Assembly (NCBI GenBank): GCA_010093745.1
Contig: MU005989.1
Location: forward strand, 126,776 to 184,577
Length of the DNA: 57,802 nt
DNA from: Piedraia hortae CBS 480.64
Lineage: Eukaryota
Reading direction: 5' to 3'
Numbering within the stretch: position 1 is the first letter of the stretch; every line of letters begins with the position of its first letter. Both the position numbers and the translations under genes were made by a program. The notes under the pieces are model-generated. The model searched no databases and was not told the origin of the DNA. It saw nothing but the letters and a program-made list of their open reading frames with translations. Shown in pieces: positions 46,077-56,051 of this stretch.

Positions 46077-47921
46077 ATGGCAGGAAAAGGAACGGTGTTC
46101 TCGGTCTCAGGCCCGGTGGTCGTGGCCGAGCACATGATTGGATGTGCTATGTACGAGCTGTGCAAAGTCGGCCACGATCAGCTGGTGGCGGAGGTGATTC
46201 GGATTGACGGCGACAAGGCCACGATGCAGTGTTACGAAGAGACGGCGGGTGTGACCGTTGGCGATCCAGTGCTGCGGACGGGGAAGCCGCTTTCAGTAGA
46301 GTTGGGCCCCGGTCTGATGGAGACCATCTATGACGGTATTCAGAGACCGCTCAAGGGCATCAGCGACGTCAGCAACAGCATCTACATTCCCCGAGGCATC
46401 GACGTGCCCTCGCTGGATCGCAAGAAGAAATGGGACTTTACGCCGTCCAGCCAATTCAAGGAAGGAGACCACATAACCGGCGGCGACTGCTTCGGCACCG
46501 TGTTCGAGAACAGTCTACTTAACGAACACAGGATCCTACTACCGCCTCGTGCTCGCGGGACCATTACACGCATGCCCCAGAAAGGTAGCTATACGGTTGA
46601 CGAGAAGATTCTGGAAGTCGAATTTGAAGGAAAGAAGACCGAGTATAGCATGATGCATGAGTGGCCGGTGCGAGTACCCCGGCCTTCGGCCGACAAGCTC
46701 AGCTCCGGAGAGCCGTTTATCGTCGGTCAACGCGTGCTGGATGCCCTCTTTCCCAGCGTCATGGGTGGCACTGTGTGCATTCCTGGTGCCTTCGGTTGTG
46801 GAAAGACTGTCATTTCCCAGTCTGTTTCAAAGTTTTCCAATAGTGACATTATTGTATACGTAGGGTATGTGCAGTCTGTGTGCCATGGAGTATAGCAGCT
46901 AACGTTGGACAGGTGTGGTGAGCGCGGTAATGAGATGGCAGAAGTGCTAATGGACTTTCCCGAACTCACCATCGACGTGGAAGGCCGCAAAGAGCCCATT
47001 ATGAAGCGAACTTGCCTCATCGCGAACACATCAAACATGCCTGTTGCCGCTCGTGAAGCCTCAATCTACACGGGTATCACGGTGGCTGAGTATTTCCGTG
47101 ATCAGGGCAAGGCAGTGGCCATGATGGCCGACTCTTCCTCGCGCTGGGCTGAGGCTCTCCGTGAAATTTCTGGTCGTTTGGGTGAAATGCCTGCTGACCA
47201 GGGTTTCCCTGCCTATCTTGGAGCTAAGTTGGCCTCGTTTTACGAACGTGCCGGCCGCGTAACGGCTTTGGGCTCACCTGAACGACATGGCTCAGTCTCC
47301 ATCGTAGGCGCTGTCAGCCCTCCCGGTGGTGACTTTTCCGATCCCGTCACCAGTGCAACACTGGGTATCGTACAGGTGTTTTGGGGTTTGGACAAGAAGC
47401 TTGCACAACGCAAGCACTTTCCTTCAATCAACACTTCTGTTTCCTACTCAAAGTACACCAACACTCTGGAAGCTCATTACCAAAAGGCGATGCCCGAATT
47501 TCCTCGGTTACGCGAGCGTATCAAAGAACTGCTATCCACGTCTGAAGAACTGGATCAAGTGGTGCAGCTGGTTGGCAAGTCTGCGCTGGGCGACTCTGAC
47601 AAAATCACTCTCGACATTGCCACGCTCATCAAGGAAGACTTTTTGCAACAAAACGGCTATTCCAACTACGACCAGTTTTGTCCTCTGTGGAAGACGTTGT
47701 GGATGATGAAGGCAATGATGGCCTTTCACGATGAAAGTCAGAAAGCCATCTCCCAGGGTCATCAATGGAGCAAAGTGCGTGAGAGCTGTTCGGAAATCCT
47801 GTCTCGGCTGCGGAGCATGAAATTCGAAGATCCAAACGATGGAGAAGAAGTAGTATGCAAGAGATACGAGGAGCTGATGCAGGCCATGCAAGAGAAGTTT
47901 GCGAGCGTGCTGGATGAGTAG
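46077..47921 (+). CDS. VMA1: V-ATPase catalytic subunit A, single intron 46865-46912, no intein
   Basis: [17 protein letters not shown]-loop, [39 protein letters not shown]. Confidence 0.98.
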
Positions 47922-48081
47922 TGTAGATGATAGAAGTTGGGGTGTTCTTGTGACTTTTTGGCTTGGCATGTCACTAGCGGGCCGGTCCGAACCCTGTTCA
48001 ACGTCAGGGACGCTGCGCCCTGTAATCTGTCATAGATAGAGACTATCGCATAGAGCCAGAGAGGGATTTAACAGCATCACG

Positions 48082-50326
48082 ATGGCCCACACGAATCCCA
48101 ATGCGTAAGTCTGTGCGTTTCTGCGCTGGCTGATACTGACAAAATCAAGGATCAACGTCAACGACCCAGGCTTGATTACCCTGGTGAACAAGCTGCAGGA
48201 TGTCTTTACGACTGTCGGAGTACGTGGCAGACAGAGCGCTGAGGGGCGACACTGACGGCTTAGGTGCAAAACCCCATAGATCTCCCGCAAATCGCAGTCG
48301 TTGGTTCACAGTCGTCAGGGAAGAGTTCGGTACTGGAAAACATTGTCGGTAGAGACTTCTTACCACGAGGGACGGGTATCGTCACCCGACGGCCGCTCAT
48401 CTTGCAGCTCATCAACCGGCCAGCGAAGCCCCAGACCAATGGGACTGCAGATGGCGACAATGCGGTCCAAACAACAGACGCCGCCAGCAACACGGACGAG
48501 TGGGGGGAGTTCTTGCACATTCCCGGCCAAAAGTTTTATGATTTCAACAAGATTCGTGAGGAGATTGTGCGCGAGACAGAGTCGAAAACGGGACGTAATG
48601 CGGGAATCTCGTCGGCGCCCATCAATCTCCGTATATTCTCCCCCAATGTGCTGACATTGACCTTGGTGGACCTTCCCGGGCTTACCAAGGTGCCTGTCGG
48701 TGATCAGCCGCGTGATATCGAGCGGCAGATCAAAGAAATGGTGCTTAAGCAGATTGGCAAGCCCAATGCCATTATCTTGGCTGTGACGGCGGCGAATACG
48801 GATTTGGCCAATAGCGATGGGCTCAAACTCGCCCGAGAGGTGGACCCTGAGGGACAGCGAACAATTGGCGTGCTTACGAAGGTGGATCTGATGGACGAAG
48901 GCACTGATGTTGTGGATATCTTGGCGGGGCGGATCATCCCGCTAAGGCTTGGCTATGTTCCCGTCGTCAACCGTGGACAGAGGGATATTGAGTCCAAGAA
49001 GCAAATCTCGGCTGCTTTGGAACATGAGCGAAACTTTTTCGAAAACCACAAGGCCTACCGTAATAAGTCGTCCTACTGTGGAACGCCGTACTTGGCGAGA
49101 AAACTTAATCTTATCTTGATGATGCACATCAAGCAGACGCTTCCGGATATCAAAGCACGCATCAATGCTTCGCTGTCAAAGTATAGCGCTGAACTTGCGA
49201 GTCTGGGAGATAGTATGCTCGGAAATTCTTCCAATATTGTGCTCAACATCATCACCGAGTTTTGCAACGAATACCGCACAATATTGGAAGGCCACAGCCA
49301 GGAGCTCTCATCGATTGAGCTGAGCGGCGGTGCGCGTATATCGTTTGTCTACCATGAGCTGTACAGTAACGGAATCAAGGCGGTTGATCCGTTCGACCAA
49401 GTCAAGGACATTGACATTCGCACCATCCTATACAACTCGTCAGGTTCCTCACCAGCGCTGTTTGTTGGCACAACCGCGTTTGAGTTGATTGTCAAGCAGC
49501 AAATTAAGCGGCTGGAAGACCCGTCTCTCAAATGTGTCAGCCTCGTGTACGATGAACTGGTGCGCATTCTCGGCCAACTCCTTAACAAGGCCTTGTTCAA
49601 GCGGTATCCGCAACTGAAGGAGCGGTTCCATGCCGTTGTGATTGCGTTTTTCAAAAAGGCCATTGAGCCGACCAACACGCTGGTGCGAGATCTCGTGGCC
49701 ATGGAATCCTGTTATATCAACACGGGACATCCAGACTTTATCAACGGCCACCGAGCCATGGCCATTGTGAACGAGCGACACATGGCATCGCGACCTGTTC
49801 AAGTCGACCCCAAGACGGGCAAGCCACTGCCACAATCCCAGGTACCCCCTCGTAGTCAGAGTCCTAGCCTGGACCTTAGCGGAGACAACAGCTCGGGCTT
49901 CTTTGGCAGCTTCTTTGCCAGCAAAAATAAGAAGCGTATGGCGGCTATGGAGCCTCCGCCACCGACACTCAAAGCGAGCGGCACGCTGAGCGAAAAGGAA
50001 ACGCAGGAAGTGGAAGTCATCAAGCTGCTTATCTCCAGCTACTATAACATTGTCCGACGGACGATGATTGACATGGTGCCGAAGGCAATCATGCTGAAGC
50101 TTGTGGAGTGAGTTTTAGTTCTTGATGAAAATGTGGTTACAAAGCTAAATGTGACAGATTGACAAAGGAGGAAATGCAGCGCGAACTGCTTGAGAAGCTG
50201 TATCGCGCACAGGAACTAGATGATTTGATGAAAGAGTCAGATTCTACAGTAAGGCGGAGAAAGGAGTGTCAGCAGATGGTGGAGTCGCTTTCCAAGGCGT
50301 CGGAAATTGTGGCGCAGGTGCAGTAG
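48082..50326 (+). CDS. VPS1: Dynamin-like GTPase Vps1, introns 48105-48149, 48220-48263, 50108-50157
   Basis: LVNKLQDVF|..[34 protein letters not shown], and GED ending EIVAQVQ*. Confidence 0.96.
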
Positions 50327-50777
50327 TTTTTGCAGTCTTTGTTTGCTGGCGTATGTAACAGATTTTGTCATTCAGCTATTATGGTTATTATACTGTGGAG
50401 GTGTTGTCGATTATAGTTTTGTACTGTGGAACTCTTCTCGATTATCCTTGGGCGAAATTGATTCGGTGATTAATCAGCTAAATCATACGACAGTTTCTAT
50501 TCGAACCGTCAACCTGCAATAGAGCAGCTCGAACACCCTCTATTTGAATAGCCGTCGAGGAGCTGTCTCGGCAACTCCCGACTCCACTCCGCCCGCCAAC
50601 CAACCAACCAACCAATCAATGAACCACCCAAACCAACTAATCGAGAGCACACAGTAGAAGAAAACCAATAACGAAGACTTGGGCGAAATCCACCTCGCTG
50701 TTCTCCCTAACTCGAAGTCCCCGATAAACTCAGCCACCACCTCAAAACTCAGCTCCCATCTCCTGTTAGGTAATATC

Positions 50778-51401
50778 ATGTCCCGCCACCTCCAAACACT
50801 GACCCACCGCCTCCCCCCTCGCCTCCAACGATACACCAAGCCCCTCCTCACCGCCCCAAAATCACACATCACCGCCTTTCTCGTCCTACACGAAGTCACG
50901 GCTATCATTCCCCTTTTCGCGCTCGCGGGGACGTTTCATTATTCGGGTTGGGTGCCTGATGTGGGTGGGGAATGGGTTGAGCAGGGGATTAGGAAGTGGA
51001 GGAGGGTGTTGGGGAGGAAAGGGTGGATTAGTGAGAATGAGGAGGGAGGGGGTGCCGGAGTAGGAGGAGAAATTGGTGGGGGGACATCTCCTGTGCTCGA
51101 GGGGATGACTGTGGACGGAGGTGGTACGTCCCAAGGAAATGGCCCTACGACCCTAAGTTCAACTCCCACGGGAGGGGATGTAGACGGTGGCGGTATACCT
51201 CCTGCGGACGGAGGGGAAGCTGGTGGTGGGAGTTCGACACTTGAATTAGCACCCAAACTCGTCCTCGAATTCGCAACCGCGTGGGCGATTACTAAAGTCC
51301 TCCTTCCCGTTAGGCTCGCGGCGAGTTTGTATGCTACGCCTGGGCTGGTTAGGGCTGTTGGGGTTGTTAGGGGGCGGGTAAGAAAGAGAATGGGGAGGTG
51401 A
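50778..51401 (+). CDS. MRX11: FLILHELTA-family (Mrx11-like) mitochondrial protein with Gly-rich insertion
   Basis: LPPRLQRYTKPL..AP.SHITAFLVLHEVTAIIPL; EFATAWAITKVLLPVRL..SL.ATP. Confidence 0.8.
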   Translation: MSRHLQTLTHRLPPRLQRYTKPLLTAPKSHITAFLVLHEVTAIIPLFALAGTFHYSGWVPDVGGEWVEQGIRKWRRVLGRKGWISENEEGGGAGVGGEIGGGTSPVLEGMTVDGGGTSQGNGPTTLSSTPTGGDVDGGGIPPADGGEAGGGSSTLELAPKLVLEFATAWAITKVLLPVRLAASLYATPGLVRAVGVVRGRVRKRMGR

Positions 51402-51648
51402 TCCTCCTATTACGTTTTTGGGGTATTTCTACGGTTATGGTGGGAGGTCGCTGTGCTCCATGATGATAGATTATGGGTATCTCGAACTACGAACTCGGAC
51501 CTCTGTCCGAAGACATTTATTAATCATTAGGAATTGTAAAAAGGTATTTGTATAATCTCCAGCCTTGCGGCTCGGTGTCAACGTCTCGAGTATGCTCCCA
51601 TCCCTTTCATGGCTCTATATACATCTCCATGCTCGTGTTCGTGGACAA

Positions 51649-52464
51649 TCACAGATATCGAGTGCGTTTCTTCCTCTCGCGAAGTGGGTTTCTCCATGCT
51701 GGTTGATGCAGTGCGACTGGTTCTGGTGCTGCCGTTTGCGGTGCAGGTTGAGCATCCGCCGCTGTCGCTGTTTCTGGAGCGGTGACTTGCTCAGCTGCAG
51801 GTTCCTGTTGCTGGCTTTCCGCCTGTTTCGTGTCCCGCTTTTGCGTTTTTGTTGCTTGTTTCGTGGACTTTGCACGCTTTTCCGTGGGTTGGTTTACTTC
51901 TAAATCGGGCAGTTTTGTCGTCTTTTTTGTTGGTTTGGGGACTGCTTGGATTGGTGCGTTTTGGGGAGGGTTTGTAGCTTCCTGATCTGTTTCTTTTGCT
52001 TTCCGCTTTGCTGGATTTTTTGCTGGATTGGGAGTTGCCTGCTCTGTGGCGTTTTTGGGTTGGTTTGGGGCTGGTTTGAATTGTGTGGTCGCTAGGGCCT
52101 CTTGATCTTTTGCCTTAGGTTGTCGCTTTGCTGTCTTTTTAACTGGTTTGGGGGTCGCTTGGATTGCCGCATTCTCGGGTTACTCTACGGCTAGATTGGG
52201 TTGATTTGAGGCCGGCTTTGCAGTCTCTTCATCTGCTACCTTTACTCTTCGTTTTGCTGTCTTTTCGGTTTGTTTTGGGGCTGCCGGCTCTGTGGCGTTA
52301 ACCTGTTGTTCTGCGGTCTGTTCGAATTGTTTTGTGGTTGGCCCTGCAGGCTCTTCGCTTGTTGCATTTGCTTTCTGTTTTGCTGCCTTTTTTGCCGGCT
52401 TGGGGGCTGCTTGCCCTGTGGCGTTTGCCGTTTGTTTCGGGGCTTGTCGTTTTGTGACGTTTTT
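51649..52464 (-). pseudogene. Disconnected original K/A/P-rich repetitive C-terminal tail of SET paralog A
   Basis: The alternative frame from the A5 run (52460-52464) reads repeats QAAPKPAKKAAKQKA / QATPKPVKKTAKRQ / QATPNPAKNPAKRKA to TGA at 51649, with one internal TAA at 52180-52182. Confidence 0.7.
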
Positions 52465-53708
52465 GCCGGTTCGGAGGTCCCGTGAGGTATTTCCATTCCA
52501 AATGCCGCTTCTGATTCTACTTGCTTTGGAATCTCCTGGATTGGGATACCTGGCTGCTTTGCAACCTCTGCTTTCTCTTCTGGCGGCTTGGTCCCCATAT
52601 TTGCAGCTTCCATTCGCTTTCTACGCTCCTCCAACCGCTTTGCCCTGTTCGACTGCTGTTCGGCCGTTCTTTTCTCTGCTTTCTCTTTCACTAGGTTTGC
52701 TAGAACCTCTGGATCATTGAGGGAAACCCAGCCCGCTATCTTCTTCGCAGGACGCTGATCGACAACATCTGCATCAGCCTTTCGCTTGGCGTCCTTGGTC
52801 TTTTCCTTAATATTGGCCGGTTTCTCTGACTCGGCCCTGTTCGTCTTTTTCACGAGCCATCCACGGCAACTTGGTGTGCCACAATGACACTGCTGCGAAG
52901 GCCCATTGTAGGCGTCCAAGTTATAATCAATAGTCAACTCCTCTCCGGCAGAAACACCATTTTTACCCACGGAAACCCCAATACGAGGCTTCTCATGCAC
53001 AACAATCTTCAATATCTCACAATTCGGCTCGCACGAGTGGTTAAGGAAGCGAGCCTCACCTCCCCTTTCGGTCGCGTCAATCACCAAACCCCCAACAAGA
53101 TCCATTGAATAGGCGCAGTGTTTATCCTTATATCGCTTCACATTCTCCTCCTCCGTAATGAGTTCACCGGTATATTCCAAAACAATCTCCTTAGGTTCAA
53201 ACGCCCTTTGTGCCCGCACACCATATCCTCGATCGACCGTCTGGATTAGTTCAATCCCCAAGTCTTTCTCCTTCCTTCGTCTAGCAAGCTCGGCAAACGG
53301 TCGGTTTCCGCATTTAGCTGGCGTGAAGCTGCAGAGCTTCTCCGTGCACTCGTACTGCATGCACCTCGTCTCACAGGACTCGCCACAGTCGAGCTCGTCA
53401 TCATCTTTGCACCTGCATGGATCGCTGAGGGGGTTCTCAACACGCCAGAAATCTTTGGCGTCGCCGCTGGGGAGGAGTCGATGGAGTTTTCTCCAGTCTT
53501 TGGGTCCTTTGGCTGCTGGCAAGGGTTCGGGAGTTGTTTGGGCTGGTTCGAGGACGGTTACATCCTGGCATTCGAGTATCGATAGTTCGTCCAAAATGCC
53601 CTTCTTGCAAGTGTCTAGCTCGCTGTTGAGTTTGGCTAGTCGTTTTTCCTTTCTAATAGTCCTATCGGACTCGGCAGGCTTGGTGATCTTGTTCATTTTG
53701 AGTGGCAT
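52242..53708 (-). CDS. Divergent ASH1-like AWS-SET-postSET histone methyltransferase, paralog A (first ATG 53708; frameshifted tail)
   Basis: AWS Cys cluster, CGNRPFAEL, DRGYGVRA, EYTGE, ARFLNHSCEPNC, GEELTIDYN, CHCGTPSCRG. Confidence 0.85.
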   Translation of the reverse strand: MPLKMNKITKPAESDRTIRKEKRLAKLNSELDTCKKGILDELSILECQDVTVLEPAQTTPEPLPAAKGPKDWRKLHRLLPSGDAKDFWRVENPLSDPCRCKDDDELDCGESCETRCMQYECTEKLCSFTPAKCGNRPFAELARRRKEKDLGIELIQTVDRGYGVRAQRAFEPKEIVLEYTGELITEEENVKRYKDKHCAYSMDLVGGLVIDATERGGEARFLNHSCEPNCEILKIVVHEKPRIGVSVGKNGVSAGEELTIDYNLDAYNGPSQQCHCGTPSCRGWLVKKTNRAESEKPANIKEKTKDAKRKADADVVDQRPAKKIAGWVSLNDPEVLANLVKEKAEKRTAEQQSNRAKRLEERRKRMEAANMGTKPPEEKAEVAKQPGIPIQEIPKQVESEAAFGMEIPHGTSEPAKTSQNDKPRNKRQTPQGKQPPSRQKRQQNRKQMQQAKSLQGQPQNNSNRPQNNRLTPQSRQPQNKPKRQQNEE

Positions 53709-54561
53709 TTTTTCTATCTTCTGGACCTTCTTAATAGCCTTGACTAGTCTCCACAGAGCCTTTTCAATCGACAATGTGCCCACACCATTGTATGATACCC
53801 GTAGACTCTTCTGCGATACAAAGGGCTTTGGGCTTGACTCAAAGAGAATTTCTCCGCTTCGGGATAATATGGCTTTGAGCAATCAAGAGTGTCAAGGAGA
53901 CAAAGAAAATGGGCATCACTTGGGAGCATTCGGTGTATTGCTGTAGTGCCCTGATACAGTGCCATCGTGTGTGAGAGCTGTTTTGTGTGGTAAGAATCAT
54001 CTTCTAGAACAAAAGTTGACGGTGGGGAATTGTGTTGGCCCAGCAGTGATATCGTTTTGCAAATGCGGTAACCAGATGCTACCAACAAGTATATTGTGGC
54101 GATTCAGTCACCATGTTCATTGCTGGATTTACTCGGTTTGATCGCTGAGCCTCGGTGACATAGTTATTCCGTGCAGGTTTATAGAAGAAGCAGCACTGAC
54201 GCGGCTGGACCTCATAGTATAATTGTTTACGCTTTTCCGACGCCAACGCAGATAGAAAATATATAGAGCATGATCTTGTTAGACATTCGGGACTGAGGAT
54301 TTTTTTCGTAACAGGATAGTGGCAGTATAACTTTGATCTTGACGCAGAGTCCAAGTTTTTTGTAGCGCAGAGCCTGTTCAGTGGAGTGAGATCATCACAA
54401 GGCAAGGATGTCGTAACTTAAGGAATTGGTACCTCGACTTGATCACATGCATCTACGAAGACTTGCACTGAGCCAAGCGCTTTCGCTAGTCACGAGTGTT
54501 TCCCATCCCCGTGGAGCAAATGATGTACAGAGTTTGGGTGCGTGCCGATAAGACACCCATA

Positions 54562-54576
54562 ATATATATATATATA
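54562..54576. repeat. (AT)n microsatellite
   Basis: Directly visible. Confidence 0.8.
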
Positions 54577-55156
54577 GCAAGATCCATTGTATCAGCACGC
54601 CCTAAGAATGGAGTTATACAACGCAATTCACTATACTGGGCCGTAGTCGTAAATGCTACCATCAGTTGAGCATTGATGAAAACTTTGATCGACCAGTACT
54701 TCTTGCATACAGTAAGCCCAATGGAACTTGGTTAAACATCCCCAACCCCATCAATACAGACTTTAAAAATGGAACACATTCGCGAGGTGCGCCAAGCCCG
54801 GGGTTAACATCCAACCCTTGCCTCGGCGCCCAAATTCAACAAGTCTTAAGTTCACATTTCACGGAAACATTAACCCACGTCTTTCTTCTCCGCACAATTC
54901 AGCATGCTTCGACGTAGTTGTCGCACAGACTTATGTTCGAGGCCATCAGGCCCTGGTGTGCATTGTGATCGTCAACTCCGTAGCAGCATGCTCAAAAACC
55001 TCATCGTGGCCGCTGAGACGTCGCGTTGTCCAAAGGAGACAGTAGCCGCTAATAACGACGCTCTACATCCGCTTGAGATGGCTGAACTCCCGGGCATGAC
55101 CTTGCGCTCTAGAAAGGCGCAGAAGCCCGCGGTCAGCGAGGTACAGCAGCAAGTAC

Positions 55157-55220
55157 TGTTGTGAATATGCGGTATATTACGCGCATTATTAGTAACCGTC
55201 GCTCGGCTCTCGACTTCACG
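55157..55220 (+). repeat. LTR-like direct repeat, left copy (runs into the N gap)
   Basis: Starts TGTTG; first 40 bp identical to 57763-57802; the assembly gap begins inside it. Confidence 0.7.
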
Positions 55221-55660
55221 NNNNNNNNNNNNNNNNNNNNNNNNNNNNNNNNNNNNNNNNNNNNNNNNNNNNNNNNNNNNNNNNNNNNNNNNNNNNNNNN
55301 NNNNNNNNNNNNNNNNNNNNNNNNNNNNNNNNNNNNNNNNNNNNNNNNNNNNNNNNNNNNNNNNNNNNNNNNNNNNNNNNNNNNNNNNNNNNNNNNNNNN
55401 NNNNNNNNNNNNNNNNNNNNNNNNNNNNNNNNNNNNNNNNNNNNNNNNNNNNNNNNNNNNNNNNNNNNNNNNNNNNNNNNNNNNNNNNNNNNNNNNNNNN
55501 NNNNNNNNNNNNNNNNNNNNNNNNNNNNNNNNNNNNNNNNNNNNNNNNNNNNNNNNNNNNNNNNNNNNNNNNNNNNNNNNNNNNNNNNNNNNNNNNNNNN
55601 NNNNNNNNNNNNNNNNNNNNNNNNNNNNNNNNNNNNNNNNNNNNNNNNNNNNNNNNNNNN
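55221..55660. other. Assembly gap (440 N)
   Basis: Run of N. Confidence 1.
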
Positions 55661-55661
55661 C

Positions 55662-56051
55662 CGCTTCACTACCACCGCCGAAGGGTATTGCACTACATTT
55701 GCCAGAAACTTACAAACCTACCGCAGCGCGTCCAAAAGCTATACTATGGCGAACAGCACCCACGGGAAGAGTGAGACAAACCCATACTATATCACGGACG
55801 AGCTTGCATCGTGGTTCTTTTACCTCGGGACTGCACACATCCCTTGGTTGGAAACGTGGCGAGCGACCGGGGCGATGGCAGATAATCGACGGTTTGATGA
55901 TCTCGAACACATGATGTCCACATTGCGGACAGCTGCGGGGACCAGGGCGCTGATCACGCCGTCACAGCAGCCATCGGTAAACATGCCGCGGGTCGTCGCA
56001 GCAGCCGCAACAGGCTTCAGATGGTGTAATCATGGAGAGCAAGCCATCTGA
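55662..56051 (+). pseudogene. Truncated Ty1/copia gag-like fragment
   Basis: Open frame F..TAEGYCTTF..NLQ...ITDELASWFFYLGT..PWLETWR...DLEHMMSTLR resembles a helical gag region. It ends at WCNH, like the start of a Zn knuckle, and follows an LTR-like repeat. Confidence 0.5.

Noticed and set aside
46860..46915. VMA1 intein
   Set aside because: The insertion is a 48-nt GT-AG intron with a CTAAC branch site, not an intein
53158..53946. 262-aa plus-strand ORF
   Set aside because: Antisense shadow of the SET gene; Ser/Leu-rich with no domain
55133..55693. ORFs of 186 aa (-) and 296 aa (+) spanning the N run
   Set aside because: Their length is an artefact of the assembly gap; only the post-gap + frame was considered
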